Source: an uncultured Gemmatimonadaceae bacterium
Lineage (GTDB): Bacteria > Gemmatimonadota > Gemmatimonadetes > Gemmatimonadales > Gemmatimonadaceae
Length of the DNA stretch: 64,000 nucleotides
Reading direction: 5' to 3'
Assembly: GCA_963817955.1 (NCBI GenBank)
Contig: CAWFQK010000009.1
Span: 96,001 to 160,000 of the forward strand
In this document: piece after piece, positions 32,842-41,087 of the stretch
Numbering within the stretch: the stretch's first letter is position 1
Layout of the letters: each line of letters opens with the position of its first letter
Position numbers and translations under genes: made by a program
Notes under the pieces: model-generated
Database searches by the model: none
The model's input: only the letters and a program-made list of their open reading frames with translations
What the model was told of the DNA's origin: nothing

Positions 32842-35800
32842 ATGCACATTCTTGTCATTTCGTTGTGTGAGCACCGCGCATTGAGAAAGACTCGCACATT
32901 GCTCGATAGCTATGCGGTTCGCGTTGGGGACCGGAGTTGGGCGAGCGCAATGACAACGGAAGGCGTCAGAGAACTGAGGGCCGCTCTCCGTCGCGTCGCG
33001 ACTCGGCAGACAGCGGTTGCGTGCTACCAGAACGACGGCCGACGCCGAATGAAGTTGTTGTGGATCGTCGGCTCTCGTGCGGCGTTCGGACCCGATGGTC
33101 ATGTCCCCTCAGGCACGACGAGGAGAACTCCTGCGAAACATTCGACCCTCGCGCAGCCATGGACGCGCGTCGCATCCCTGCTAGCCCAAGGCGCCGGCCT
33201 GGTACACGATATGGGCAAGGTGTCGGAACGGTTCCAATCCAAGCTGCGCCAAAGCACGACGTCGGGCGATGACGTGCGGCATGAGTGGATTTCCATGAAG
33301 GTGTTGCAGGCGATGCGCAAGAATGGGCACGACTGGAGGCAGGCGTGGTCGACGCTTGATGTGGGAATGTCGGACGTAACGCTTGGCGATCGTGTTGTCG
33401 GGCAGCCTTCGACGGAAGCGGTCGCCAGTTCGCTCGAGGCGCTTGATTTTCTAGTCGCCAGCCATCACGGCCTACTGCAGAGCGAAGACCCCGGCACTGT
33501 TCCCACGGCCAGGGCGCCAAGCCGGCATGTGCGCCGTTCACATGCTGCAGACCAGGTGACACCGGCAGGCAACATCGATCCGGCTGTGTTGGCGGACTAT
33601 TGGCAGCTTGAAGACCGGCTGGCGCTCGCCGCGGGGGAACGGGGCACGGCGTATTGGCGCGCCACCACGGTGTACGCTCGCGCGGCATTGATCTTCGCCG
33701 ATCACACGGTGTCGGCGCAGCGGCTGCCCATGAGCGGCACCAGCGACGGTATGTACGCCAACACGGTGAGGGAAGGGGGCGTCCGCCGCCTAAATCAAAC
33801 ACTCGACTGGCATCTGCGAACCGTGAGCGCGCGCGCGCGCGAAATCGCCTGGCGCATGTCGCAACTGACCGCGACGCGCCAGGCCGTTGGGTCGTCTCAC
33901 GGCCAACTTGTCGGGTTGTCTCACGATGCGGTTGAGAACATCACTCGGATGTCGAAGCCGATGGGTCGCTTCGCGTGGCAGAATCGATGCGCGGATGCGC
34001 TGGCACAGGCGCGTGAGAAAGCTCCCGATCGCCCGATGTTGGTTTTCAACATGGCGAGCACAGGGTCAGGAAAGACGCGTATGAATGCCCGCGCCGCCTG
34101 TGTCCTCTCGCGGGATGCATCCCCGCGCTTTTCAATTGCGCTGAATCTGCGCAGCCTTACGCTCCAGACCGGCGAGGCCCTGAAGTCAGGGTTGGACATC
34201 GGTGGTGACGAGTTGGCCGTCGTGATTGGTGATCGCACGGCACAGGATCTCTTCAACAAGGCGCGCTCTGCCGCACAGGCAGCGGTCTTTGACGGAGATA
34301 ATCCCGACGAGAATCAGTTCGAGGGTGAAATCATCTGCGACGGCGACGAGCACGAGTTGCCCGAATGGATGGAACCGCTCTTCGAGGCCGGCCGCGAACG
34401 TACGATCGTTGGCGCGCCGCTTCTCGTCTCCACAATCGATTTCCTCAGTGCCGCCGGCACGCCAGGCGCACAGGGGCATCACGTGAAAGCGCTGCTGAGA
34501 CTCATGAGCGCAGACCTGGTGCTCGATGAGATTGACAGCTACGAACCGAACGCCTTGGTGGCTGTGCTCCGCCTCGTGCAGCTCAGCGCGCTGTTTCGCA
34601 GAAATGTCATCTGTTCATCAGCCACGCTGTCATGGCCAGTCGCTACCGCGGTTGAACGGGCCTTCCGATCGGGCGTTGAAATGCTGCAGGAGCTCGAGCG
34701 CGATGCTGGCCAGTCGACGAAATCACCAGAGTCTGCGGAACAGAGTATCGGGTACGTGCGTGCATGCATCGATGACACGCTGCCTCCATTGGTCGACATT
34801 GGCGATATATGCGGTCGCGACTTCAAGACGCTCTACTGTGCGCGGCTCGCGGAGATCGCGGCGAGCATTGCGGTACAGCCAACGCTCCGGCTTGCGGTGC
34901 TCCAGAAGGTGTCCGTCGTAACGCGAGAAGGGTGGTTCAACGCTGTCCAGGACGCTGTGCAGAGAATGCACAACGCGAACGCTTGGTCATTCGGTGATAG
35001 CGGCAAGGTGGTGTCGTTCGGGCTGGTACGAGTAGCCAATATTGGCACAGCGATCGAAGTGGCACGCCACCTTGCCGATGCCTTGCCAAACGCAAGTGTG
35101 GCGTGCTATCACGCTGGCGAATTCCGGATCGCTCGATTCCATAAAGAACGGCGGTTGGATGCACTGCTCTCTCGTAGTCGAGGGAACGAGCACATCCTGC
35201 ACGACCCGGAAATTCGCAAGCTGGTTGCAGCAGCGAAGTCACAGAGCGTGCCGTGTATCGTAGTGGCGACGCCGGTTGAAGAAATCGGGCGAGACCATGA
35301 CTTCGATTGGGGTGTGATCGAGCCGTCGAGCACTCAGTCGATTGTTCAGGCGGGTGGTCGAGTGAACCGCCATCGTTTCATCCCATGCGGCAACGAACCG
35401 AACATCGCGCTCCTGCAGTTCAATCTGCGGCACTGCACGAACGTGGAGCTTGGTCGTGAAGGCAACGCCGCTTTCATACGGCCTGGGTATGAGGATGAAC
35501 GCAGAAGCCGCAACTCGGGAGGAGGCCACTATCTCGATCACGACCTGCAGCACTTGCTCCCCTGGGACAATGGCCTTCTCAGGGTCAATGCGGCGCTTCG
35601 ATTCGATGAGGTCAACTGCCAACTCGCACTGGCCGACGATCAGGCGGTCGAGCGGCGCGTCGGAACCTATTTCGGCGAGGGTGGCTTCTTTGTCACACAG
35701 CCAGTGGACTGCTGGACGCTCACTGACGGGCCGGGCGGACCCTATGCAAAGACGGCGTTGCGAGAAAGGGATGCACAGAAGCAGTACTGGAGAGTGAAGG

Positions 35801-36069
35801 ACGAAGATGGACACCTTGCGTTTGACAAGAAGGTGCGCGTTCAAGATCCGAGGGGCCGCGACTTTCTCGTAGATGAGTGGTTTGCAGAGGCGATCGATGT
35901 CATCGCTGCAAGACCTAACGCCTGGCTAGCGCTCCCGCCGGCCGATATGGCGCAGCTCTGCGCCGACATGGACATCGACGTCGAGAACGGCATGCAGGCG
36001 GAGCTCGCCGCCTACAAGGCAGACACGAAGTTTGAGTACGACCTCGGGTTCGGCGTGAGAAGAGCGTGA
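32842..36069 (+). CDS. cas3f: Type I-F Cas2-Cas3 fusion nuclease/helicase
   Basis: N-terminal Cas2 (MHILVISLCEHRALRKTRTLLD...TRQTAVACY), HD motif GLVHDMGK, Walker A STGSGKT, VLDEID, SAT, GRVNRHR. Confidence 0.95.
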   Translation: MHILVISLCEHRALRKTRTLLDSYAVRVGDRSWASAMTTEGVRELRAALRRVATRQTAVACYQNDGRRRMKLLWIVGSRAAFGPDGHVPSGTTRRTPAKHSTLAQPWTRVASLLAQGAGLVHDMGKVSERFQSKLRQSTTSGDDVRHEWISMKVLQAMRKNGHDWRQAWSTLDVGMSDVTLGDRVVGQPSTEAVASSLEALDFLVASHHGLLQSEDPGTVPTARAPSRHVRRSHAADQVTPAGNIDPAVLADYWQLEDRLALAAGERGTAYWRATTVYARAALIFADHTVSAQRLPMSGTSDGMYANTVREGGVRRLNQTLDWHLRTVSARAREIAWRMSQLTATRQAVGSSHGQLVGLSHDAVENITRMSKPMGRFAWQNRCADALAQAREKAPDRPMLVFNMASTGSGKTRMNARAACVLSRDASPRFSIALNLRSLTLQTGEALKSGLDIGGDELAVVIGDRTAQDLFNKARSAAQAAVFDGDNPDENQFEGEIICDGDEHELPEWMEPLFEAGRERTIVGAPLLVSTIDFLSAAGTPGAQGHHVKALLRLMSADLVLDEIDSYEPNALVAVLRLVQLSALFRRNVICSSATLSWPVATAVERAFRSGVEMLQELERDAGQSTKSPESAEQSIGYVRACIDDTLPPLVDIGDICGRDFKTLYCARLAEIAASIAVQPTLRLAVLQKVSVVTREGWFNAVQDAVQRMHNANAWSFGDSGKVVSFGLVRVANIGTAIEVARHLADALPNASVACYHAGEFRIARFHKERRLDALLSRSRGNEHILHDPEIRKLVAAAKSQSVPCIVVATPVEEIGRDHDFDWGVIEPSSTQSIVQAGGRVNRHRFIPCGNEPNIALLQFNLRHCTNVELGREGNAAFIRPGYEDERRSRNSGGGHYLDHDLQHLLPWDNGLLRVNAALRFDEVNCQLALADDQAVERRVGTYFGEGGFFVTQPVDCWTLTDGPGGPYAKTALRERDAQKQYWRVKDEDGHLAFDKKVRVQDPRGRDFLVDEWFAEAIDVIAARPNAWLALPPADMAQLCADMDIDVENGMQAELAAYKADTKFEYDLGFGVRRA

Positions 36070-36312
36070 GAAGAATGGTGCGGGCGACGTACCGGATTGT
36101 CAGCTGCTTCAGAGGGCCTTTGCCAATCGATCGCATCGCATCCGTACGTCCGAATGTGAATTACAGTTCCAGTGTCACTGGGTGGTCGTATCGTTCTCCG
36201 TCATGACTGGCTGACACGCAAGCACGACAGTTCTGCAGAAGGACGTCAGCAGGAGTAGCGCGTCGATGATCCGTGGCTCCGGCATGGCGCATATCACTTT
36301 GGGAGGCAGCAT

Positions 36313-37581
36313 ATGAGCGAATCCTCCGACGGCATCGAGGACGAAGCGGGCGATTCTGGTGCAGCACCGGCTACAACGCGAGGCGCTAAGCCGTGGAAAA
36401 GCTACGAGGCCGACGTCTATAAGGAGGTAGCAAGCAAGCTCGTTCACTTCAGCACCAAGACCGTCAACTCCAACGCATCTGCCGGCGGCATCCGGTTGGG
36501 ACCCGATGCTGGCCTCGACCTGCCCTACGTTTCGGCTCGAACGCTCATGAGCTCTGGCGTGCGGGTGGATCTGGACTACACCGCCAACGTCGGAGGCACC
36601 GCGACCGTGGTGAAGCAGATCAACGCGGCTCAGCGCAACGACGCGCCAGTGGGTGAGCCATCTGATTTGGAGCGCCAGTTCATCGCAACCGCAATGGAGG
36701 AGGCGCATGCCGCGCCATTCACCGTCGGCATTGAATCGGTAGATGCGCGGCTCCGCCAGATCCTCATACCAAAGCCGGACGCGAGAGATGGCTACGTAGC
36801 AGTCACGCCGCTCACGGCGGGCGGCGTATGTCACCTGTTGCTCGACTCGAGCACAGGCTTGCTCGCGGCACACAATGGCGCGGTGAAGGAAGAGCGTACC
36901 CTGACGTCAAATCCAGCCGAGCACGCACTTCCAGCCGAGCACACACTTCGGAAAATCCACCAAGCAAGATTTGGCTTGGGCGGTTCGAATCCGCAGAACG
37001 TCGGCGGCCTCGTGCGCAGCATGCAACGACCCATACACGTGGGGGCGCCAGGTGGCGGAGGGTCCACGCGGGCTGCCTTCGCGCTGTACTATGAAGGCAT
37101 ACGACTCGACCTGGCCCGAGCCGCTCTGCTCCCATATCGGGCCTTCAGAATCAGCCTGACGGCGGGTGGAACGACCGTCAGTACGATGGAAGATAGAAAC
37201 GTCGAGGAGGAGATTCTTCGCCGCGTGTGCGACGGCATTCAGCAGTTAGCGGCGGAAGCGCTGGACACGCTCCGAACTCACGCGGAGTTGCTCCCGCAAG
37301 ACCACCAGCTTGCCGGGGACCAGAACGGTGAATATGAGCTCGTGTCGCGGAAGGTTTCCGGCGTCGTACGCGGCTTGATTGACAAGCGGCTGCGTGGCCA
37401 TGATTACCGGCAGACGCCAGCGGGGCGCGAGATCGACTGGCCGCGCGAGACCGCGCAGCTCATTGCTGGAAAAGTTGGCGCGAGCCTAATGACATTGCAC
37501 GGCGAACAGGTACCTGTGGTGCCGCTGGACGCGCGCGGGCGCAACAGCGTGGCTGCCATCATCGAGGAGTACCTGCGATGA
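36313..37581 (+). CDS. cas8f: Type I-F Cas8f (Csy1), divergent
   Basis: Position in the operon; LRQILIP..GYVAVTPL and GGSNPQNV, equivalent to Csy1 KQ.YF...Y.LL.PL and GGTKPQNI. Confidence 0.82.
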   Translation: MSESSDGIEDEAGDSGAAPATTRGAKPWKSYEADVYKEVASKLVHFSTKTVNSNASAGGIRLGPDAGLDLPYVSARTLMSSGVRVDLDYTANVGGTATVVKQINAAQRNDAPVGEPSDLERQFIATAMEEAHAAPFTVGIESVDARLRQILIPKPDARDGYVAVTPLTAGGVCHLLLDSSTGLLAAHNGAVKEERTLTSNPAEHALPAEHTLRKIHQARFGLGGSNPQNVGGLVRSMQRPIHVGAPGGGGSTRAAFALYYEGIRLDLARAALLPYRAFRISLTAGGTTVSTMEDRNVEEEILRRVCDGIQQLAAEALDTLRTHAELLPQDHQLAGDQNGEYELVSRKVSGVVRGLIDKRLRGHDYRQTPAGREIDWPRETAQLIAGKVGASLMTLHGEQVPVVPLDARGRNSVAAIIEEYLR

Positions 37582-38372
37582 ACTACCTCCTTATGCCGCA
37601 GATACGTGTGCAATCGGCGAATGCACATACGTGCGGCTTTCTCCTGGGTGGGCCACCCGTATTGCCGAGTGTGTTCTTCGCGCATGCATTGAGCCGGAAG
37701 CTCCGCTGCAGCGTCACTGGCGTCGCCTTGATACACCATCAGGCAGTGCCGCTGGGGCAGTCATTCTTCGGCGTCTATTCACCGCAGCAACGGCGAGCGG
37801 CCGCGTTCACCTTCACGAACAAGCCGGGGAGGGACTACTCGTCAAAGAATGCGCACGCCCTGTCCTCCCAACCAGTGGCCTGCACGCACCTCCGGGTCAG
37901 TCTGATCCTGGAGGTAGAGGGTCTGCGCACAATCGAAGGAGTAAAGAATTTCATGTTTGGCGGCCGCCTGTCCGGTGGACAGATCACGGCGCACGGAGCG
38001 TTGAGTTTGTGCGACACGATCGGCGAGGCCGTCGAGCAGGCACAGACAGGGTTCTGCGTGATTGACAGGCAGGACCTGATGCAGCCCCATGATGGAAAGA
38101 ACCAGGCCATGCTCCTGGTTGAGCACCTTGGGCGCCAGTCATCAAAGGATGCCGGGGATGCGTGGCTGTCCGCCGCGTGTCTTGGGTATGCCCCAATAAC
38201 GCCCTTCGAGCAACGCGAGGGTGTCCGCGAAGGTTATGACCATGCCTTCGCGGAGTCCCTCATCGGGCTCGTGCAATACCAGTCTGTCAGATCGATCGCC
38301 GATGTGCAGCGCGTAATCTGGAGGCCAGAGTGGCTCCCGAATGGCGTCTTTCGTGTTGTTCAGTCCACCTAG
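37578..38372 (+). CDS. cas5f: Type I-F Cas5f (Csy2)
   Basis: YLLMPQIRVQSANA..GGP....FAHALSRK, RLSGGQI, HAFAESLIGL. Confidence 0.92.
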   Translation: MNYLLMPQIRVQSANAHTCGFLLGGPPVLPSVFFAHALSRKLRCSVTGVALIHHQAVPLGQSFFGVYSPQQRRAAAFTFTNKPGRDYSSKNAHALSSQPVACTHLRVSLILEVEGLRTIEGVKNFMFGGRLSGGQITAHGALSLCDTIGEAVEQAQTGFCVIDRQDLMQPHDGKNQAMLLVEHLGRQSSKDAGDAWLSAACLGYAPITPFEQREGVREGYDHAFAESLIGLVQYQSVRSIADVQRVIWRPEWLPNGVFRVVQST

Positions 38373-38400
38373 CCACACCCCAAGAGGAATCGACGCAATC

Positions 38401-39471
38401 ATGACAACCGCACTGAAGAAATTGCCGGGCGTTCTGTCCTTTCAGAGAAGCATGCTCGTGACCGATGCGCTGTTCTACAATGCGTATGACGACGGACACA
38501 AGGAGCCGCTGCATGTCGTACGCCACGGGATTCGCGGCACGCAAAACATCAACAAGGCGTATGCCGCAGAATCCGCTGGGGCTACGGCCGCCAGTGCGAA
38601 GCGCGCGAACGTGTCCAACATTCAGACTACGGATTCGGCGAAACTGGACCCAGCCGCCGTGGCGCTGGAAGTCCGCTTCGACGTCCGGTTCCTCGACTTG
38701 GGGAACGCGCTGTTCGCCTGCGCCGCGGGTCAAACGGACAAACCCGAGGATATTCCGGCGCTCCGCAGCCTCCTGGCTGTCTTCATCGATAAGGCGAAGG
38801 CCAGCGATGGACTCATGGAGGTCGCCAGTCGGTACGCTCGCAACATCGCCAACGGCCGCTTCCTGTGGCGGAACCGCGCGGTCGCGCAATCGGTGCGCAT
38901 CGTAGTACGTGACGGCACGGGTGAGATCGCCTCGTTCGATGCACTGGCCACGCCTCTGAACAGCTTCGGCGCCTACTCGGCTGAGGAACGTCGTGTGGCT
39001 ACAGTCGTTGCCGCCGGCCTGCGAAACGATCGGCAGGCAAAGTTGAGCGTTTGCGCGACTGTGGACTTCGGTGTGCGCGGGCCGGTCGAGGTTTTTCCGT
39101 CGCAGAACTATCTGGAAGGGAAGGAGAAGGGTTTTGCGCGTCCGTTGTACTGCGTGGGTGATGTGCCGACGGGACAGGACAGGCACAGCGCGGCGGAGTT
39201 AGGGCAAGCGGCGTTGCGAGACCAGAAGATCGGTAATGCGCTGCGCACGTTCGACACGTGGTATCCAAGGTTCGAGACGCATCAGCTACCAATCCCCGTG
39301 GAACCCAACGGCGCCAGCCTGGACGCACAGGAGTTCTTCCGAAACACAAAGGCAGCCTCGGGCTTCAACCTGATGCTGCGGCTGGGTGAGCTGGATCCGA
39401 ACACTGACGATGGGATGTTCCTGCTCGCCTGCATCATTCGTGGTGGTGTCTTCTCGGGGAGCGATAGCTGA
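38401..39471 (+). CDS. cas7f: Type I-F Cas7f (Csy3)
   Basis: VLSFQRS, GIRGT, RYARNIANGRFLWRN, EVFPSQ, QKIGNALRTFDTWY, IIRGGVF. Confidence 0.96.
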   Translation: MTTALKKLPGVLSFQRSMLVTDALFYNAYDDGHKEPLHVVRHGIRGTQNINKAYAAESAGATAASAKRANVSNIQTTDSAKLDPAAVALEVRFDVRFLDLGNALFACAAGQTDKPEDIPALRSLLAVFIDKAKASDGLMEVASRYARNIANGRFLWRNRAVAQSVRIVVRDGTGEIASFDALATPLNSFGAYSAEERRVATVVAAGLRNDRQAKLSVCATVDFGVRGPVEVFPSQNYLEGKEKGFARPLYCVGDVPTGQDRHSAAELGQAALRDQKIGNALRTFDTWYPRFETHQLPIPVEPNGASLDAQEFFRNTKAASGFNLMLRLGELDPNTDDGMFLLACIIRGGVFSGSDS

Positions 39472-39473
39472 GC

Positions 39474-40028
39474 ATGCGGCCCCACTGGTTCTTCGATATC
39501 GATACGACCGGCGGTGAAGACAGCGGCTTAGGCCAGCCGCTGCTACGCGGGAGGATGCTGTCCGTGCTGCACCCAGTGTTTCAGCGATGCCCGCACACGT
39601 ACGCTGTTGCGCTCACGCGTGGCTTGGGGCAGCTGCGCGTATTCGCGTCAGCGCGTCACGACATCGAGATACTGGCAGACCAGCTTGGGTCGCTGCCCTG
39701 GGTACGCGACTATGCCCGCCTGTCTAATCCGCGTCTGGTTCCAACTGATTTCGGAGGGAACTGGACCACGTTCAATCGGTATCGGATTCCCACGGCGAAG
39801 TCAGATCGCAAGACCGGCGACGAACACGGCCAGCTTCGTAGCCGCCGTCTGAAGGCTGCGATCGAAGGAAAGATGGATTATTTCATGCTTCGGAGCGCGA
39901 GCACCGGCCAGACGTTCACGCTTGTCGTGCACCGCCAGCCTGGTGTGCCAATTAACGTGGAATGTCAACCCAGTAGTTACGGATTCAGCTCGGCAGCGCG
40001 CGCATTCAGCTTGCCAGACCTGCCGTGA
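39474..40028 (+). CDS. cas6f: Type I-F Cas6f (Csy4) endoribonuclease
   Basis: VLH (candidate catalytic His), LRVF, Arg-rich helix, LRSASTGQ.F, SSYGFS. Confidence 0.9.
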   Translation: MRPHWFFDIDTTGGEDSGLGQPLLRGRMLSVLHPVFQRCPHTYAVALTRGLGQLRVFASARHDIEILADQLGSLPWVRDYARLSNPRLVPTDFGGNWTTFNRYRIPTAKSDRKTGDEHGQLRSRRLKAAIEGKMDYFMLRSASTGQTFTLVVHRQPGVPINVECQPSSYGFSSAARAFSLPDLP

Positions 40029-40999
40029 GTGCAAAGGGAGTTGGGCGACCGCAGATCCGTCCGCGCGCGGTCATGCTTTCGAAGCGCGCAAACGTGTTCT
40101 ATCTGGAGCATGTACGCGTGATCCAGATGGATAACCGCGTGGTGTACTTGACTCAGGACGGCGGGGATATTGAACGGTTCTTCAATATCCCCGAACGCAA
40201 TACTGCGTTCTTGTTGCTCGGGAAGGGCACGTCGATTACCGACGCCGCGATGCGTCGACTCGCCGAGTCGAACGTGATGGTTGGGTTTTGCGGCTCAGGC
40301 GGATCGCCGCTGTTTGGCGCGCTGGACTTGGCGTTTCTTGCTCCGCAAAGCGAGTATCGGCCAACCGAGTATATGCAACGCTGGATGATGGCGTGGCTCG
40401 ATGAGGAGCGGCGGGTCGGACTTGGCCGAAGTCTGTTACTGGCGAGGTCGAAGCTCACATCCCGGCGGTGGGCCGAAGATCCCGAGTTGAATAAGCGCGG
40501 CATCGCAGTTCCCGCACCGCTCATCGAGACATTCGCCAGACAGGTGCAGGCGGCGCAGAACTCGCAGGATCTACTTCTGGCCGAGGCACGCTGGGCAAAG
40601 AACTTGTACGCCATTCTTGCGGAGGGTTTTCGGGTCGACTTTGCCCGGCAAGCTGGTGAGGGGGGGCTTGGGGGATTCTCGGATGTCGCGAATGGCTTCC
40701 TGGATCACGGAAACTACATCGCGTACGGCTACGCTGCCGTCGCCTTGTGCGGACTTGGCATCAGCTTCTCATTGCCGCTTCTGCATGGCAAGACGCGGCG
40801 CGGCGCACTCGTCTTCGACATTGCCGATCTCATCAAGGATGCCGTGGTGATGCCACTGGCGTTTGCCTGCGCCGAGCGAGGCGATAACCAGCGGGACTTC
40901 CGTTCCGCGCTTATTGAGCGCTGCCAGGACCAAGAGGTCCTCGACTACCTCTTCACCTTCATTTCTGCACTATGTGAGGAACCGCTGAAACCACAATGA
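40025..40999 (+). CDS. cas1f: Type I-F Cas1
   Basis: SKRANVFYLEH, NIP..NT..LLLG.GTSIT, QSEYRPTEYMQ, FLDHGNY.AYG, HGKTRRGALVFDIAD. Confidence 0.96.
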   Translation: MSAKGVGRPQIRPRAVMLSKRANVFYLEHVRVIQMDNRVVYLTQDGGDIERFFNIPERNTAFLLLGKGTSITDAAMRRLAESNVMVGFCGSGGSPLFGALDLAFLAPQSEYRPTEYMQRWMMAWLDEERRVGLGRSLLLARSKLTSRRWAEDPELNKRGIAVPAPLIETFARQVQAAQNSQDLLLAEARWAKNLYAILAEGFRVDFARQAGEGGLGGFSDVANGFLDHGNYIAYGYAAVALCGLGISFSLPLLHGKTRRGALVFDIADLIKDAVVMPLAFACAERGDNQRDFRSALIERCQDQEVLDYLFTFISALCEEPLKPQ

Positions 41000-41087
41000 C
41001 TTAGGCCGTCTGTGTGATTTCGAAGGTCCGAGGGCAGGCACCCACGTACGTCGTTGAGGCAGCGAGACTTGCCCAATTGTTGTTCTA
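41000..41087 (+). promoter_or_regulatory. CRISPR leader (88 bp)
   Basis: Lies between the cas1 stop and the first repeat; ends TTGTTCTA, similar to I-F leader ends; the degenerate repeat is at the far end of the array. Confidence 0.7.
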
